Shown: positions 17,753-28,219 of the stretch, piece after piece
How the letters are laid out: each line of letters opens with the position of its first letter
Numbering within the stretch: position 1 is the first letter of the stretch
Assembly: GCA_051967755.1 (NCBI GenBank)
Contig: JBQDYD010000006.1
Location: forward strand, 56,482-120,481
DNA length: 64,000 bases
Reading direction: 5' to 3'
Source: Alcanivorax sp.
Lineage (GTDB): Bacteria > Pseudomonadota > Alphaproteobacteria > Micavibrionales > Micavibrionaceae
Program-made: the position numbers and the translations under genes
Notes under the pieces: model-generated
What the model was told of the DNA's origin: nothing
What the model saw: only the letters and a program-made list of their open reading frames with translations
Databases searched by the model: none

Positions 17753-18367
17753 TTATATCTCCGGCACATCTGGCTCTAACGCCGCGCCGTTATCGGTTTT
17801 GATCGCGTAATATTCCGAGTAAAGCATCATAATATCCACCGCATCTTGCTCTGCGCGGTGATCTGCCTGTCGCGCAATACCTGATGCATCATAGGCCGCG
17901 TCCATATCGGGATCATCCAATGCCATATAATCATATAGATAATGCACCTCGAAACTGCGCTCTATCCCTGCAGCCTCATAAAGACGATTAAGCCAAAATG
18001 TATCGGCCTTTGCATTCGGACTATCGCACAGGGCGATCTTGCCCTCCATTTCTTCATTCAGCCACTCGGCAACGAATTTCACATCCTGCCCCTCTTCGAA
18101 CAGCGCGGTGCGGGATATGCCGTGGATACGGCCGATATCTTCATTGCCGCTTTCGCCGTTCCAATCCTGCCAATCGGGCTGGGGGTGAATGAGATAGGCC
18201 TGCGAATGGCCGTCATCATGTGCCACGCCAACCTCAATCGGGTAACTCAATCGTTCAGGCGGGTGTGAACCACCCATAGCGCCCTTTAATGACGATGCCT
18301 CAACATCAATCATGGCAACCTCATTTGGCGCAGGCAAATCAATTTCTGTATTTAAATGGTCATTCAT
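17753..18367 (-). CDS. DEDDh-type 3'-5' exonuclease-like protein
   Basis: Exo I (MIDVEASS), Exo II (CDSPNAKADTFWL) and Exo III (ADHRAEQDAVD) motifs occur in the correct order. The ATG at 18367 avoids overlap with anmK. Confidence 0.45.
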   Translation of the reverse strand: MNDHLNTEIDLPAPNEVAMIDVEASSLKGAMGGSHPPERLSYPIEVGVAHDDGHSQAYLIHPQPDWQDWNGESGNEDIGRIHGISRTALFEEGQDVKFVAEWLNEEMEGKIALCDSPNAKADTFWLNRLYEAAGIERSFEVHYLYDYMALDDPDMDAAYDASGIARQADHRAEQDAVDIMMLYSEYYAIKTDNGAALEPDVPEI

Positions 18368-18428
18368 ATCCCGACCGTATGCATGCCCATAGGCGGAGTC
18401 AAAATAATAACGTGCTGGGGCGCAGCAA

Positions 18429-19523
18429 TTATTCCGCAATCATTTCAGATGTATTTCGCGCAGGATATAAAACGCCGCCAGTCATCGGTTTTGGTGCGCC
18501 TGTCGTGCTGGGCACAGTTACCGATTCCCCGAGGATTGAGCGCACAGCCAAATACGCGAAACCTTCGGCTTCTGTGGCATCACCGTTCCAGCCAATATCA
18601 TCAATCGATGTAACAGGGATATGCAAATGTTGGACGATAGAATCAACAAACAGCTTATTCTTACGCCCGCCGCCCGCGGCATAAATATGCGTCGGTTTTT
18701 GCGGCAAATAATCCAGCGCATTCAAAATCGCGCAAACAGACATTTCCAATAAGGTCGCCATTGCATCTTCATTTTCACAATATCTGACACAATCAATAGA
18801 CCACTGATTACGATCCAGTGATTTAGGCGGTGCTTTTTTGAAAAACGGATGGGACAGAAAAGTCTTCACCAAATGATGCTGCACTTCGCCCTTTGCGGCG
18901 ACTTTACCGCCTTCATCAAATTCTTTACCTGTGCGGGTCAGCATCAAATCATCCATCATCGCGTTGGCGGGCCCGCAATCAAAGGCAATCAAATCCCCTT
19001 GCGATCCGACATAGGTAATATTCGCCACGCCGCCTAAATTCAAAACCGCCACGGGCTTATCATGGTCAGACAATAGCGCCTGATGATACAGCGGCAGTAA
19101 CGGCGCGCCCTGCCCGCCTGCCTTGATGTCGGCCTGACGCAAATCGGCAACCACATTAATGCCTGTCGCCTCCGCCAATGCCTGCCCGTCGCCAATCTGC
19201 CATGTGAATTTATTATCCGGATCATGTGTAATGGTTTGCCCGTGAAACCCGATGACATCGGCGTGCTCACCAAAGGCCTTCACCGCATCGATATGTAATT
19301 GCGTGACCAGACTTTCCGCTTCCTCAACGGCCGCATCGCGCGAAATCTTGCCGAAACAGGCGCGCACCTTATCACGCACAGAGATATCATACGGATGCGC
19401 CATATAGCGCAAAGGCCGCACGAAATTGCGCCCGTCCGTTTCAATTAATGCGACGTCGATCTCCCCATCAAGAGAAGTTCCTGACATTAGACCGATTGCC
19501 CTATAGACTTTATCTTTTTCCAT
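18429..19523 (-). CDS. anmK: anhydro-N-acetylmuramic acid kinase
   Basis: GLMSGTSLDGEIDVAL, LNLGGVANI and the C-terminal sugar-kinase fold motifs are present. 364 aa. Confidence 0.92.
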   Translation of the reverse strand: MEKDKVYRAIGLMSGTSLDGEIDVALIETDGRNFVRPLRYMAHPYDISVRDKVRACFGKISRDAAVEEAESLVTQLHIDAVKAFGEHADVIGFHGQTITHDPDNKFTWQIGDGQALAEATGINVVADLRQADIKAGGQGAPLLPLYHQALLSDHDKPVAVLNLGGVANITYVGSQGDLIAFDCGPANAMMDDLMLTRTGKEFDEGGKVAAKGEVQHHLVKTFLSHPFFKKAPPKSLDRNQWSIDCVRYCENEDAMATLLEMSVCAILNALDYLPQKPTHIYAAGGGRKNKLFVDSIVQHLHIPVTSIDDIGWNGDATEAEGFAYLAVRSILGESVTVPSTTGAPKPMTGGVLYPARNTSEMIAE

Positions 19524-19538
19524 GCTTATAAATCTCTT

Positions 19539-20789
19539 ATGAGTACATATAAATCAGATTTCCTAAACATTCTAGAGGAGCGCGGTTTTATTAATCAGTG
19601 CTCCGACTTTGAATCGTTGGATGAAAAATTATCAGAAGGCACACAAAGTGCCTATATCGGTTTTGACGCGACGGCGAAATCCCTGCATATCGGGAATTTG
19701 ACGGGCATTATGATGCTGCACTGGTTCCAGCAATGCGGACATAAACCCATCACATTGATGGGTGGCGGCACATCAAAAATCGGTGATCCGTCTTTTAAAG
19801 ATGAACAGCGCAAATTGCTTGATGATGAAACCATCGAAGCCAACATGAAAAACATTCAGGCAACCTGTTTTAAACAATTCCTGAATTATGGCGACGGCGA
19901 ATCTGACGCCCTGATGGTGAATAATAATGACTGGTTGGACGCGCTATCCTATCTGGACTTCCTGCGTGATTACGGCCGTTATTTCACAATTAACCGCATG
20001 ATCGGTTTTGAGAGCGTGAAACAACGCCTTGACCGCGAAAGCCCCCTCACCCTGTTGGAATTTAACTACATGGTCATGCAAGGGTATGACTTCCTTGAGC
20101 TGAACCGTAGGCACGGCACGATCTTGCAAATGGGCGGGTCTGATCAATGGGGTAACATCATCAACGGTGTTGATCTTGGTCATAAATCCGACAAAGTGCA
20201 GCTATACGCGCTCACCGCGCCGTTGCTGACCACGCCTGATGGACAGAAAATGGGTAAAACCGTTGGCGGCGCTGTATGGCTCGCCTCTGATATGCTCTCG
20301 CCTTATGATTATTACCAATATTGGCGTAACGTTGATGATGTTATGGTGCCGACGTTGCTGCGCCGTTTCACAACGATGCCGATGAAGGAAATCCGCAAAT
20401 TAGAAGTTCTGCAAGGCGCAGAAATCAACGAAGCGAAAAAGATCCTCGCCTTCGAAGCAACCAAGATGTGTCACGGCGAAACCGCCGCAACCGAAGCCGC
20501 CGAGACTGCACAAAAAGTGTTTGAGCAAGGCGGCGTTGGTGAAGATTTGCCAAGCATTAATGTCGGCGAAGCCTACTTAAAAGAAGGTATTCAGGTCATT
20601 GAACTGTTGCTTGAAACAGGTCTGTGCGATTCAAAGGGTGATGCCAAACGCCTGATTAAGGGCGGCGGCGCACGCGTGAATGATGAGCCTGTCTCCGCGC
20701 TGGATCAAACCGTTACCCTTGCCGATTTGAAAGACGACCACATTAAGATTTCATCCGGTAAAAAACGCCACGCACTGGTGAAACTCTAG
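19539..20789 (+). CDS. tyrS: tyrosine--tRNA ligase
   Basis: Class I HIGH (SLHIGNL) and KMSKS-type (KMGKT) motifs with a C-terminal S4-like domain. 416 aa. Confidence 0.95.
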   Translation: MSTYKSDFLNILEERGFINQCSDFESLDEKLSEGTQSAYIGFDATAKSLHIGNLTGIMMLHWFQQCGHKPITLMGGGTSKIGDPSFKDEQRKLLDDETIEANMKNIQATCFKQFLNYGDGESDALMVNNNDWLDALSYLDFLRDYGRYFTINRMIGFESVKQRLDRESPLTLLEFNYMVMQGYDFLELNRRHGTILQMGGSDQWGNIINGVDLGHKSDKVQLYALTAPLLTTPDGQKMGKTVGGAVWLASDMLSPYDYYQYWRNVDDVMVPTLLRRFTTMPMKEIRKLEVLQGAEINEAKKILAFEATKMCHGETAATEAAETAQKVFEQGGVGEDLPSINVGEAYLKEGIQVIELLLETGLCDSKGDAKRLIKGGGARVNDEPVSALDQTVTLADLKDDHIKISSGKKRHALVKL

Positions 20790-20799
20790 AGGGTCTTCC

Positions 20800-21726
20800 A
20801 TGAACAATACAATGCTGTATGCCCTCACGGTTTTAATCTGGGGGTCGACTTGGTATGCCATAACGTTCCAGTTGGGTGAGGTTCACCCCGTCCTGTCAGT
20901 TGCCTATCGTTTTATGCTGGCCTCTGCGGTTTTGTTCATCTTTTTAAAACTCTCAAAAAAGCGAGATATCCCGAAATTCACCCGCGCGCAGCATATCACA
21001 ATCGCCATGCAGGGTTTTTATCTGTTCAGTTTGAATTACGTGCTGTTTTATTTCGGAACGGCGCATTTAACCTCGGGCTTGGTCGCGATTATTTTCTCAA
21101 CCATGACGTTGATGAATATTTTTAATCAGGCCATGTTTTTCGGCATTCGCGTAAGGCCGCAAGTCGCGCTCGGCTCCCTCTTTGGGTTGGCGGGGATTGT
21201 TATGGTGTTCTGGCCGGAGGTCAACGCCCTGACCACCACCAGCGGCACGATGAAGGGCATCTGGCTCTGTCTGGCCGCCAGCTATTGCGCATCAATCGGG
21301 AATATGGTGTCGATGAAAAACAGCCGCGAAGGCGTGCCCGTCATGGCGGCCAACACATTCGGCATGATGTACGGCGCGGGGTTTTCAATCGTGCTGGCGG
21401 TGATATTGGGGGCGGAGATTACCTTTGAACCCACCTATGGCTATACGCTATCGCTCATTTATTTGGCGGTATTTGGTTCCGCGATTGCGTTCGGATGCTA
21501 TCTGACACTCATGAAGAATATCGGCGCGGATAAGGCGGCCTATGCCACCGTGCTCTTCCCCCTTGTCGCGCTTGCGATCTCTACTGTGTTTGAGGGCTAT
21601 CTCTGGTCACCCTTATCGATGATCGGGGTCGCGCTGACATTATTCGGTAATGTTGTCGCCATGGCCAACTGTGAGCGGATGCTGCATTGGCGGCGAAAAA
21701 AATCACTCCCACAGGATGCGGCGTAG
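20800..21726 (+). CDS. EamA/DMT family transporter
   Basis: 308 aa with about 10 TM helices arranged as two EamA-like halves. Confidence 0.75.
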   Translation: MNNTMLYALTVLIWGSTWYAITFQLGEVHPVLSVAYRFMLASAVLFIFLKLSKKRDIPKFTRAQHITIAMQGFYLFSLNYVLFYFGTAHLTSGLVAIIFSTMTLMNIFNQAMFFGIRVRPQVALGSLFGLAGIVMVFWPEVNALTTTSGTMKGIWLCLAASYCASIGNMVSMKNSREGVPVMAANTFGMMYGAGFSIVLAVILGAEITFEPTYGYTLSLIYLAVFGSAIAFGCYLTLMKNIGADKAAYATVLFPLVALAISTVFEGYLWSPLSMIGVALTLFGNVVAMANCERMLHWRRKKSLPQDAA

Positions 21727-24700
21727 AATACCCGGCGTTAAAACCGAGAGCGGATTAGCAGAGATTTCAGGATTATCTGAGGGGCCCTTCACGCTATAGG
21801 TTGCCGCGAACACGCCGCCCGATCCGCCTGTTAAAATATCCCCGACAATCGGAATACTGCCGATCACTTTATTCAGGCCATCCATCGGTACAACCGTACC
21901 CGACACATCCACAAAACGTTTTTCATTATCAAACGTCCCCTCAAACAACAAACCAAGCGAGTTACCCGATGTGCGCCCGTTTTTCATGACAAGCAAGCTG
22001 CCCTTACTACGGTAAAGCCAACTGAAATCAGCCTCCATTTTGGAAAACCCAAGGCCGTCATTGGATAACGCATCCCCTATTCCTGTCAGGGAAAGGATAC
22101 TGAGAATTTTGGTTAAGGCCGGCGCTTTTTCTACTCTGAAATTCGTGATCTCTGCCTTGCCGCGAATATTACGATCTTGGATACCATGGATCGGCTCGCC
22201 GTAGATCACCATCGTGCCGCCCTTAATATCATTATGCACCTGAAACGCCTTAAGCAGCGCGCCCGCATCATCTGTTTTCATACGGAATGTACGCTTACCG
22301 TCTTGCATTTCATTAAAACGCATAAACACATTGGAACTGCCCGCACGGCCATCCATTTCAATCTGATTAAAACGACCCTTTTCATCAATATCTACAAATG
22401 TTCTGACATTTTGTATTGTCTCATTCGGGGCGGTGCGCATTTGTTTGGCCGTGGTTGTTATGCGCATGCGCGGCTCTTCATATTCCGCGACGGCCTCCTC
22501 CGCATTCATAAAGGGGCGCGCATCCAGAAAAGATGCATCCATGTTAATATCTACGGCGCGTTCATTATCAAATTTAAACGCAATTTTCCCTTCCGTTTCC
22601 AACAGGGTAAATGCAGGGAACATACCACTCTTCAGCCACGTTTCCCCCTTATTTTGAATAAAGGTAATCGTCGATTCATCGAGTGTGAAATCAGCGCCCT
22701 CCGCGGTGAGGTTGGTGATTTTCTGAATTTTTCCGCCCTTAAAATGTGCCATGAAATGCGCGCCTGCTTTTTCGCCCGGCTGCTTTTCAAAATCAAACGG
22801 CGAAACAAAGAACAAGGCAGGCGTTGCATCAACCTTAACATCCGCCTTTGCCGTACCATCCTTAAACGACATATACCCGACCTCTATCGGTAAGGGCCCC
22901 TCAATAAACTCGCTTAAATCCACACCAAGTTTTTGACGTATATTCGGGTCTGCCGTGACTTTAGCGGTGATTTTCTCAACATATGGTTTCCCTGCACTTT
23001 CAAGGAATGTTTCCCATGAAAATTTCATCGGGCGATTATCAATCATCGCGTTGCCGCTCATCATGACCTTACCGTCATCAACGGCAAAATCGAGCGGCCC
23101 ACCACCAAGATCAAGCCCCTCTATCACTTTCGGGAACAAAACATTTTTTAATTTGCCCTTGGCTGTAATTTTAAAATCTTCGATCTTCACACTATCTTGC
23201 GCAGGAAAAACAAGCCCGATATTCAAATCCGCCGTGCCTTTAACTTTATTCACATCCATACCGATCCGATCGCCCAAGTTGATAGGATCATTAGATATGT
23301 ATCGCATCACATCGGCGATATTACCGCTTAGATTTACATTAATATTGGCATCCCCTTTGCCTTCCGCGATGATGTAATCAAAGAATAAAGACGCATCACG
23401 CACCGGCATTTTACCCAGGCGCCCCTTATCGATTTTAATATCCAGTGTATCTGCCTCAAAATCGAAACGGCCACTGCCGTAAATATCGTATGCCTTGTCC
23501 AGCGGCGCGCGGTAATCAAGGGTCATGCCCTCTGCCTTAAACAGCGCCAGGATATTCTTAGTCTCCAAATCCCAATGCATGTCGCCCGTCAATTCATCCT
23601 TACGGTGTTTCGCAAGCACATCCAAAGACACATGCACATCTTTCAACACGCCATCAGCCATACTATCGACGATCCAATGCTCGGCATTCTCTCCTTCTAA
23701 GGCTTTGGGCCAAACAGGCTTTATTTTCGAATGCTCTGTTTCATCAATCCATATTTCAACGGGCCCTGTGATTTCATTCTCTGTATGTGAAATCTCTGCT
23801 TTGGCATTCACGGTAATACCATTCAGGGTAAGCTGCGTATCCTTTACCTGCAGTGCCTTTCCCGCATAATTATATGTCGCATTTAATTGTAAATTTTTGT
23901 ACGGCACAGGGTCATCTGATAATGCAGGATGTATCACATCCCCTTCTTCGGACGTAATCGCCAAACGCACGTCAGACGGCACAAAATTTTCATCCAAAAT
24001 CGTTTCAACATGTGCATCGACAATAACATTTTGCGTGCCCGGAACGTTCAACTCAGGGATCTTGCTAATGATATCCTTTGCATTGATTGCATGAACATCA
24101 GCAGACAGTTCAACATTTTTCTGACCCCAAATATAATTCATCTTCACATCGATAAAAGACTTATCAAACCCCGATTGCGGCAACTGAATTGACATTTCGC
24201 TATGCATGCCCTCTTCGGTACTTGCCATATCTAAATCAAAATCAGGCAAAGACCATGTCTGTTTTGCGACGCGGTCCTCCACAAGGACAAGCGCATCCTC
24301 AATTGCAAACGCCTGTAAACGTGCGATCAGAGAGTCATGCGCGCTCTCTTCGCCGGGTCTGGCAATATACCCGAAAATACGTGTCGTCAGCTTTAACTGC
24401 TCATCCTGCGCTTTATCTTTGTTCCCAGCCTCACCAATATCCAGCTTAATTGCGCCGTCTTCATGCCTGGTCAGGCGTAATGTCGGCTCCTTCATGATAA
24501 TTTGTTTGGGCATAATCCGCCCGCGCAATATGCCTCTGCGGGAAAAGCTGATATCCACTTGCTCAACTGATATAATCGGCACACCGCCTTTATCAAATAA
24601 CTGCCCGTCTTGAAGCTGGAGATATAGCGGCCCCTTTAAGTTAGGCCAATAAAGAACGGCCTGCCCCATTTTTGCATAATTTCCGGTGGCCTTGTCATGG

Positions 24701-24867
24701 AGTGCCGCCTCCAGATACGGTTTCGCAAAACTGACATCAATCGGCGTGCGCGATACATTCCAGACAAACACAGAAAAAACGACCACCAAAGCAACAAAAA
24801 CCAACGCACACAGCCGAAGCGTATGTTTCATTGTCTTGCCTAAAACATGTCTGACTTTCTTGGTCAC
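21703..24867 (-). CDS. YhdP/AsmA-like large envelope protein (DUF3971-type)
   Basis: 1054 aa with an N-terminal TM anchor and a long beta-rich body. The conserved C-terminus (IPIVGDILTGGSGGVFAATYSVKGPSDNPEISANPLSVLTPGILRRI) is typical of the YhdP/TamB/AsmA family. Confidence 0.7.
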   Translation of the reverse strand: MTKKVRHVLGKTMKHTLRLCALVFVALVVVFSVFVWNVSRTPIDVSFAKPYLEAALHDKATGNYAKMGQAVLYWPNLKGPLYLQLQDGQLFDKGGVPIISVEQVDISFSRRGILRGRIMPKQIIMKEPTLRLTRHEDGAIKLDIGEAGNKDKAQDEQLKLTTRIFGYIARPGEESAHDSLIARLQAFAIEDALVLVEDRVAKQTWSLPDFDLDMASTEEGMHSEMSIQLPQSGFDKSFIDVKMNYIWGQKNVELSADVHAINAKDIISKIPELNVPGTQNVIVDAHVETILDENFVPSDVRLAITSEEGDVIHPALSDDPVPYKNLQLNATYNYAGKALQVKDTQLTLNGITVNAKAEISHTENEITGPVEIWIDETEHSKIKPVWPKALEGENAEHWIVDSMADGVLKDVHVSLDVLAKHRKDELTGDMHWDLETKNILALFKAEGMTLDYRAPLDKAYDIYGSGRFDFEADTLDIKIDKGRLGKMPVRDASLFFDYIIAEGKGDANINVNLSGNIADVMRYISNDPINLGDRIGMDVNKVKGTADLNIGLVFPAQDSVKIEDFKITAKGKLKNVLFPKVIEGLDLGGGPLDFAVDDGKVMMSGNAMIDNRPMKFSWETFLESAGKPYVEKITAKVTADPNIRQKLGVDLSEFIEGPLPIEVGYMSFKDGTAKADVKVDATPALFFVSPFDFEKQPGEKAGAHFMAHFKGGKIQKITNLTAEGADFTLDESTITFIQNKGETWLKSGMFPAFTLLETEGKIAFKFDNERAVDINMDASFLDARPFMNAEEAVAEYEEPRMRITTTAKQMRTAPNETIQNVRTFVDIDEKGRFNQIEMDGRAGSSNVFMRFNEMQDGKRTFRMKTDDAGALLKAFQVHNDIKGGTMVIYGEPIHGIQDRNIRGKAEITNFRVEKAPALTKILSILSLTGIGDALSNDGLGFSKMEADFSWLYRSKGSLLVMKNGRTSGNSLGLLFEGTFDNEKRFVDVSGTVVPMDGLNKVIGSIPIVGDILTGGSGGVFAATYSVKGPSDNPEISANPLSVLTPGILRRILWE

Positions 24868-25023
24868 GGGCGTATTTGAAATCCTGATGGGGTTGGAATT
24901 GATATTCTATATGGTATCACTATTACTACAGTGAAAAAAACGCGATGACCATACTAATAGGATGGTTTTTAAAACGATAACCACTGCTGATTATAACATA
25001 AAACGCATCAAGGAGACCTCAAT

Positions 25024-25494
25024 ATGAGTGAATTGAAAATTGGAGACGACGCCCCTGATTTTACACTGCCGACAGATAATGACGGTGAGGTAACCCTCTC
25101 TCAGTTAAAAGGCAAGAATGTCATCGTCTATTTCTATCCCAAGGATAACACACCCGGATGCACGACAGAGTCTTGCGACTTCCGTGACCAACAACCTGAT
25201 TTTGCGAAATTGAACGCAGAAATTATCGGCATTTCCAAAGACAGCGTGAAAAAGCATAACAATTTCAAGGCAAAGCATGAGTTTAATTTCCCGCTGGCCT
25301 CTGATGAAGACAGTGACGTTTGCGAACGCTATGGCGTGTGGCAGGAAAAAAGCATGTACGGAAAGAAATTCTTCGGTATTGTGCGCTCCACCTTCCTGAT
25401 TGATGAGAACGGAAAGATTGCACATATCTGGCCAAAGGTGAAAGTCAAAGGCCATGTAGATGAGGTACGTGAAGAACTTGAGAAAATAGCCTAA
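25024..25494 (+). CDS. bcp: thioredoxin-dependent peroxiredoxin Bcp
   Basis: 156 aa with the peroxidatic-Cys motif FYPKDNTPGCTTESC. Confidence 0.92.
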   Translation: MSELKIGDDAPDFTLPTDNDGEVTLSQLKGKNVIVYFYPKDNTPGCTTESCDFRDQQPDFAKLNAEIIGISKDSVKKHNNFKAKHEFNFPLASDEDSDVCERYGVWQEKSMYGKKFFGIVRSTFLIDENGKIAHIWPKVKVKGHVDEVREELEKIA

Positions 25495-25496
25495 AC

Positions 25497-25535
25497 AAAA
25501 AAAACGGGCCTGATTAAAGGCCCGATTTCTTTTCT
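25497..25535. terminator. bidirectional rho-independent terminator candidate
   Basis: 6-bp GC stem CGGGCC/GGCCCG (25505-25524, 8-nt loop). It is preceded by an A-run and followed by ATTTCTTTTCT, and lies between convergent bcp and the hydrolase gene. Confidence 0.6.
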
Positions 25536-25551
25536 AATTCGTCGTGCAGAA

Positions 25552-26220
25552 TTACGCCGCGATTTTGACAGGAACTTCCTGACCGCCGCGCGCTTTGTTC
25601 ATATGATCATGCACATTATCAATCATGACATCGATATGATTATGGAAGAAGTGGTTGGCCTCCGGCAATACACGGAAATCAATATCAATTCCCTTTTGCA
25701 GGTGCAAACGCTCTACCAATTCACCGACACATTCCTGCGGAATAATGTCATCACGGCCACCGTGCAACATCAAGCCTGATGTCGGACATGGCGCCAAGAA
25801 TGAGAAATCATCTGTGTGCGCAGGTGGTGCGATTGAAATAAATCCTTCGATTTCAGGACGACGCATCAAAAGCTGCATACCGATCCAGGCACCGAATGAA
25901 AAACCGGCAACCCAAACATATGGGGCATTCGGGTTGATTTCCTGCATCCAGTCCAATGCAGAAGCTGCATCGCTCAACTCACCTTCGCCTTCGTCATAAG
26001 CACCCTGAGAGCGCCCGACACCACGAAAGTTAAAACGAAGCACGGAAAAACCGCGTGCAACATAGGCCTGATATAATGCATATGTGATCTTGTTATTCAT
26101 CGTACCGCCATGCTGGGGGTTTGGATGCAAAACTAATGCTAATGGGGCATCTTTGATCTTTGAGTGATGATAACGTCCTTCTAGACGTCCGGCCGGACCA
26201 TTAAGGATAACTTCGGGCAT
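25552..26220 (-). CDS. alpha/beta hydrolase fold protein
   Basis: 222 aa. LVLHPNPQHGGTMNNK, RFNFRGVGRSQG and the nucleophile-elbow-like GFSFGA are present. Confidence 0.7.
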   Translation of the reverse strand: MPEVILNGPAGRLEGRYHHSKIKDAPLALVLHPNPQHGGTMNNKITYALYQAYVARGFSVLRFNFRGVGRSQGAYDEGEGELSDAASALDWMQEINPNAPYVWVAGFSFGAWIGMQLLMRRPEIEGFISIAPPAHTDDFSFLAPCPTSGLMLHGGRDDIIPQECVGELVERLHLQKGIDIDFRVLPEANHFFHNHIDVMIDNVHDHMNKARGGQEVPVKIAA

Positions 26221-26391
26221 TAAAGACCTCTTTTATTATTAAAGTAATATAAAAACCAAACTTCTTGTGAGACATTTTTACGTAAAAACCATCTCGACAG
26301 TTGCCCTGTTATATTAGACAATAGGAAATAAGTCCATAAAAATCGTATAAACCCTTGATAAACAATGTGGATAATACGATAGTGAGCCACT

Positions 26392-27513
26392 ATGAACAAA
26401 AGAATATACTTAGATTACAACGCAACCGCCCCGATACGCCCAACGGCCTTGGAAGCGATAAATAGCGTTATAAAACAACCACTTAACGCATCCTCCGTGC
26501 ATTCCTACGGCCGAGAGGGACGAAAAGTCGTAGAATCGGCGCGTGAGCACGTTGCGAAACTGATCAACACCGACAGCAACCAAGTCCTGCTGAACAGTGG
26601 CGCAACAGAGGGAAATAACACGGTATTACAATATTTTAGCCAACAATACCCCGATGAAATGATCTTGGTTTCGGCCACCGAACACCCGTCAATTCTGGAA
26701 TTACGGAATATATTGCCCAATGTAAAAGTAATTCCCGTTGATAATCAAGGGCTTATTAACCTAAGCGCACTTGAAACCTTACTAAACGATCATAAGACAT
26801 GCCTTGTATCGTGTATGGCGGTGAATAACGAGAGTGGCGTAATACAGCACGTTGCGGAAATATCCGCCCTTGCGCATAAACACGGCGCGCTGCTTCACTG
26901 TGATGCTACGCAGGCCGCAGGACGCATTATGTTGAATATGCAGACCCTTGGCATTGATTTCCTTACCCTCTCCTCTCATAAAATTGGCGGGCCGCAAGGC
27001 GTCGGCGCATTGGCTCTGGGGATGTGCGGTATTACCCCAACCCTCCTTTATGGTGGCGGTCAGGAAAAATCCGCGCGCGCAGGCACGGAAAACGTGGCGG
27101 GCATTGCGGGATTTGGCGCGGCAGCCAAAGAAGCGCTTGAATATCTCAACCACTATCAGGCGCTTGGCACATGGCGGAATAAACTGGAAGATGGACTAAA
27201 GGCCACCTCGCCAGAAATTATCATTCATGGTGCGCAAACAGAGCGCGTTCAAAACACATGTTTCTTTAGTCTGCCGGGGGTGGATTCACAAACCCTGCTT
27301 ATGGCATTTGATCTGGAGGGGATCGCCGTATCGAACGGCTCTGCCTGTTCCAGCGGGACAGTAAAATCCAGTACCGTCCTCAAGGCCATGGGACTGGATG
27401 AAAAAATCAGCGCAAGTGGCTTGCGCATTTCCATGGGCTGGGCTACGAAAGAAGAAGATATTGATGCGTTTCTAGGCGCATGGGAAAAAATATATAAACG
27501 CCTGAAACGATAA
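26392..27513 (+). CDS. cysteine desulfurase (NifS/IscS-like, class V aminotransferase)
   Basis: 373 aa with the PLP-lysine motif SSHKIGGPQGVGAL and the active-site loop SNGSACSSG. Confidence 0.88.
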   Translation: MNKRIYLDYNATAPIRPTALEAINSVIKQPLNASSVHSYGREGRKVVESAREHVAKLINTDSNQVLLNSGATEGNNTVLQYFSQQYPDEMILVSATEHPSILELRNILPNVKVIPVDNQGLINLSALETLLNDHKTCLVSCMAVNNESGVIQHVAEISALAHKHGALLHCDATQAAGRIMLNMQTLGIDFLTLSSHKIGGPQGVGALALGMCGITPTLLYGGGQEKSARAGTENVAGIAGFGAAAKEALEYLNHYQALGTWRNKLEDGLKATSPEIIIHGAQTERVQNTCFFSLPGVDSQTLLMAFDLEGIAVSNGSACSSGTVKSSTVLKAMGLDEKISASGLRISMGWATKEEDIDAFLGAWEKIYKRLKR

Positions 27514-27526
27514 TAAAGGAACCACC

Positions 27527-27865
27527 ATGGCAACAATTACAGTCATTCAAAAAGACGGAACCACAAAAGACATCACCGCCGAAGATGGCTGGTCGCTTAT
27601 GGAAATTTTACGCGATGCGGGCTTCCCTGAAATTGAGGGCGCGTGCGGTGGCTCTATGGCGTGTGCAACATGTCATATGTACATCCACCCTGATTGGGAA
27701 GACAAAGTGGCCGCGCAAGACAATGAAAAATCAGAAGATGAGGAAGATATCCTTGATCTGGCTTTTGATGTTACAGCCGAGAGCCGTCTTGGATGTCAGA
27801 TCCGCATGAATGATGAATTAGACGGCCTTGTTGTTGCCGTTCCCGGCGCAAAGACAGGGTGGTAA
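27527..27865 (+). CDS. 2Fe-2S ferredoxin (adrenodoxin/Fdx type)
   Basis: 112 aa with the Cys ligand pattern CGGSMACATCH...LGC. Confidence 0.88.
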   Translation: MATITVIQKDGTTKDITAEDGWSLMEILRDAGFPEIEGACGGSMACATCHMYIHPDWEDKVAAQDNEKSEDEEDILDLAFDVTAESRLGCQIRMNDELDGLVVAVPGAKTGW

Positions 27866-27867
27866 AA

Positions 27868-28152
27868 ATGATTCGTCATATTGTAATGTTCAGCGCGAAA
27901 TCCCCCGATAAAATTGATGCCGTTTATAACGGCCTTAAAATGCTTGAGGGGATAGAGGGGAACTGGCTCCTCACCGTTACTAAAAACAAAAAAGTCGATC
28001 TGATCGAAAATGAAATCGACGTTGTTGTTTATGGTGAATTCCCCGATCAAGACGCACTCGATACCTATAAATCACACCAGATTTATCAAGACTGTATTGA
28101 TGTTGTGCGCCCGTTGCGTGATAAGCGCGTCGCCGTCGACGTTGCCGCGTAA
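27868..28152 (+). CDS. Dabb (stress-responsive alpha/beta barrel) family protein
   Basis: The MIRHIVMF start and a length of about 94 aa fit the family. The ATG at 27868 lies 2 nt after the ferredoxin stop. Confidence 0.65.
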   Translation: MIRHIVMFSAKSPDKIDAVYNGLKMLEGIEGNWLLTVTKNKKVDLIENEIDVVVYGEFPDQDALDTYKSHQIYQDCIDVVRPLRDKRVAVDVAA

Positions 28153-28219
28153 ATTATTTGACAACTCCGCGCCATTTATCGCACCTTGTACGTAATAAAA
28201 ATAATAAAGTACGGGTGTA

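Noticed and set aside
22177-22893. 238-aa plus-strand ORF, plus several other ORFs (22955..23377, 23525..23869, 24206..24613), all inside the YhdP/AsmA-like gene.
   Set aside because: All are antisense to one uninterrupted 1054-aa ORF with a conserved C-terminal signature. Their translations are Arg/Ile/Phe-rich with no motifs.
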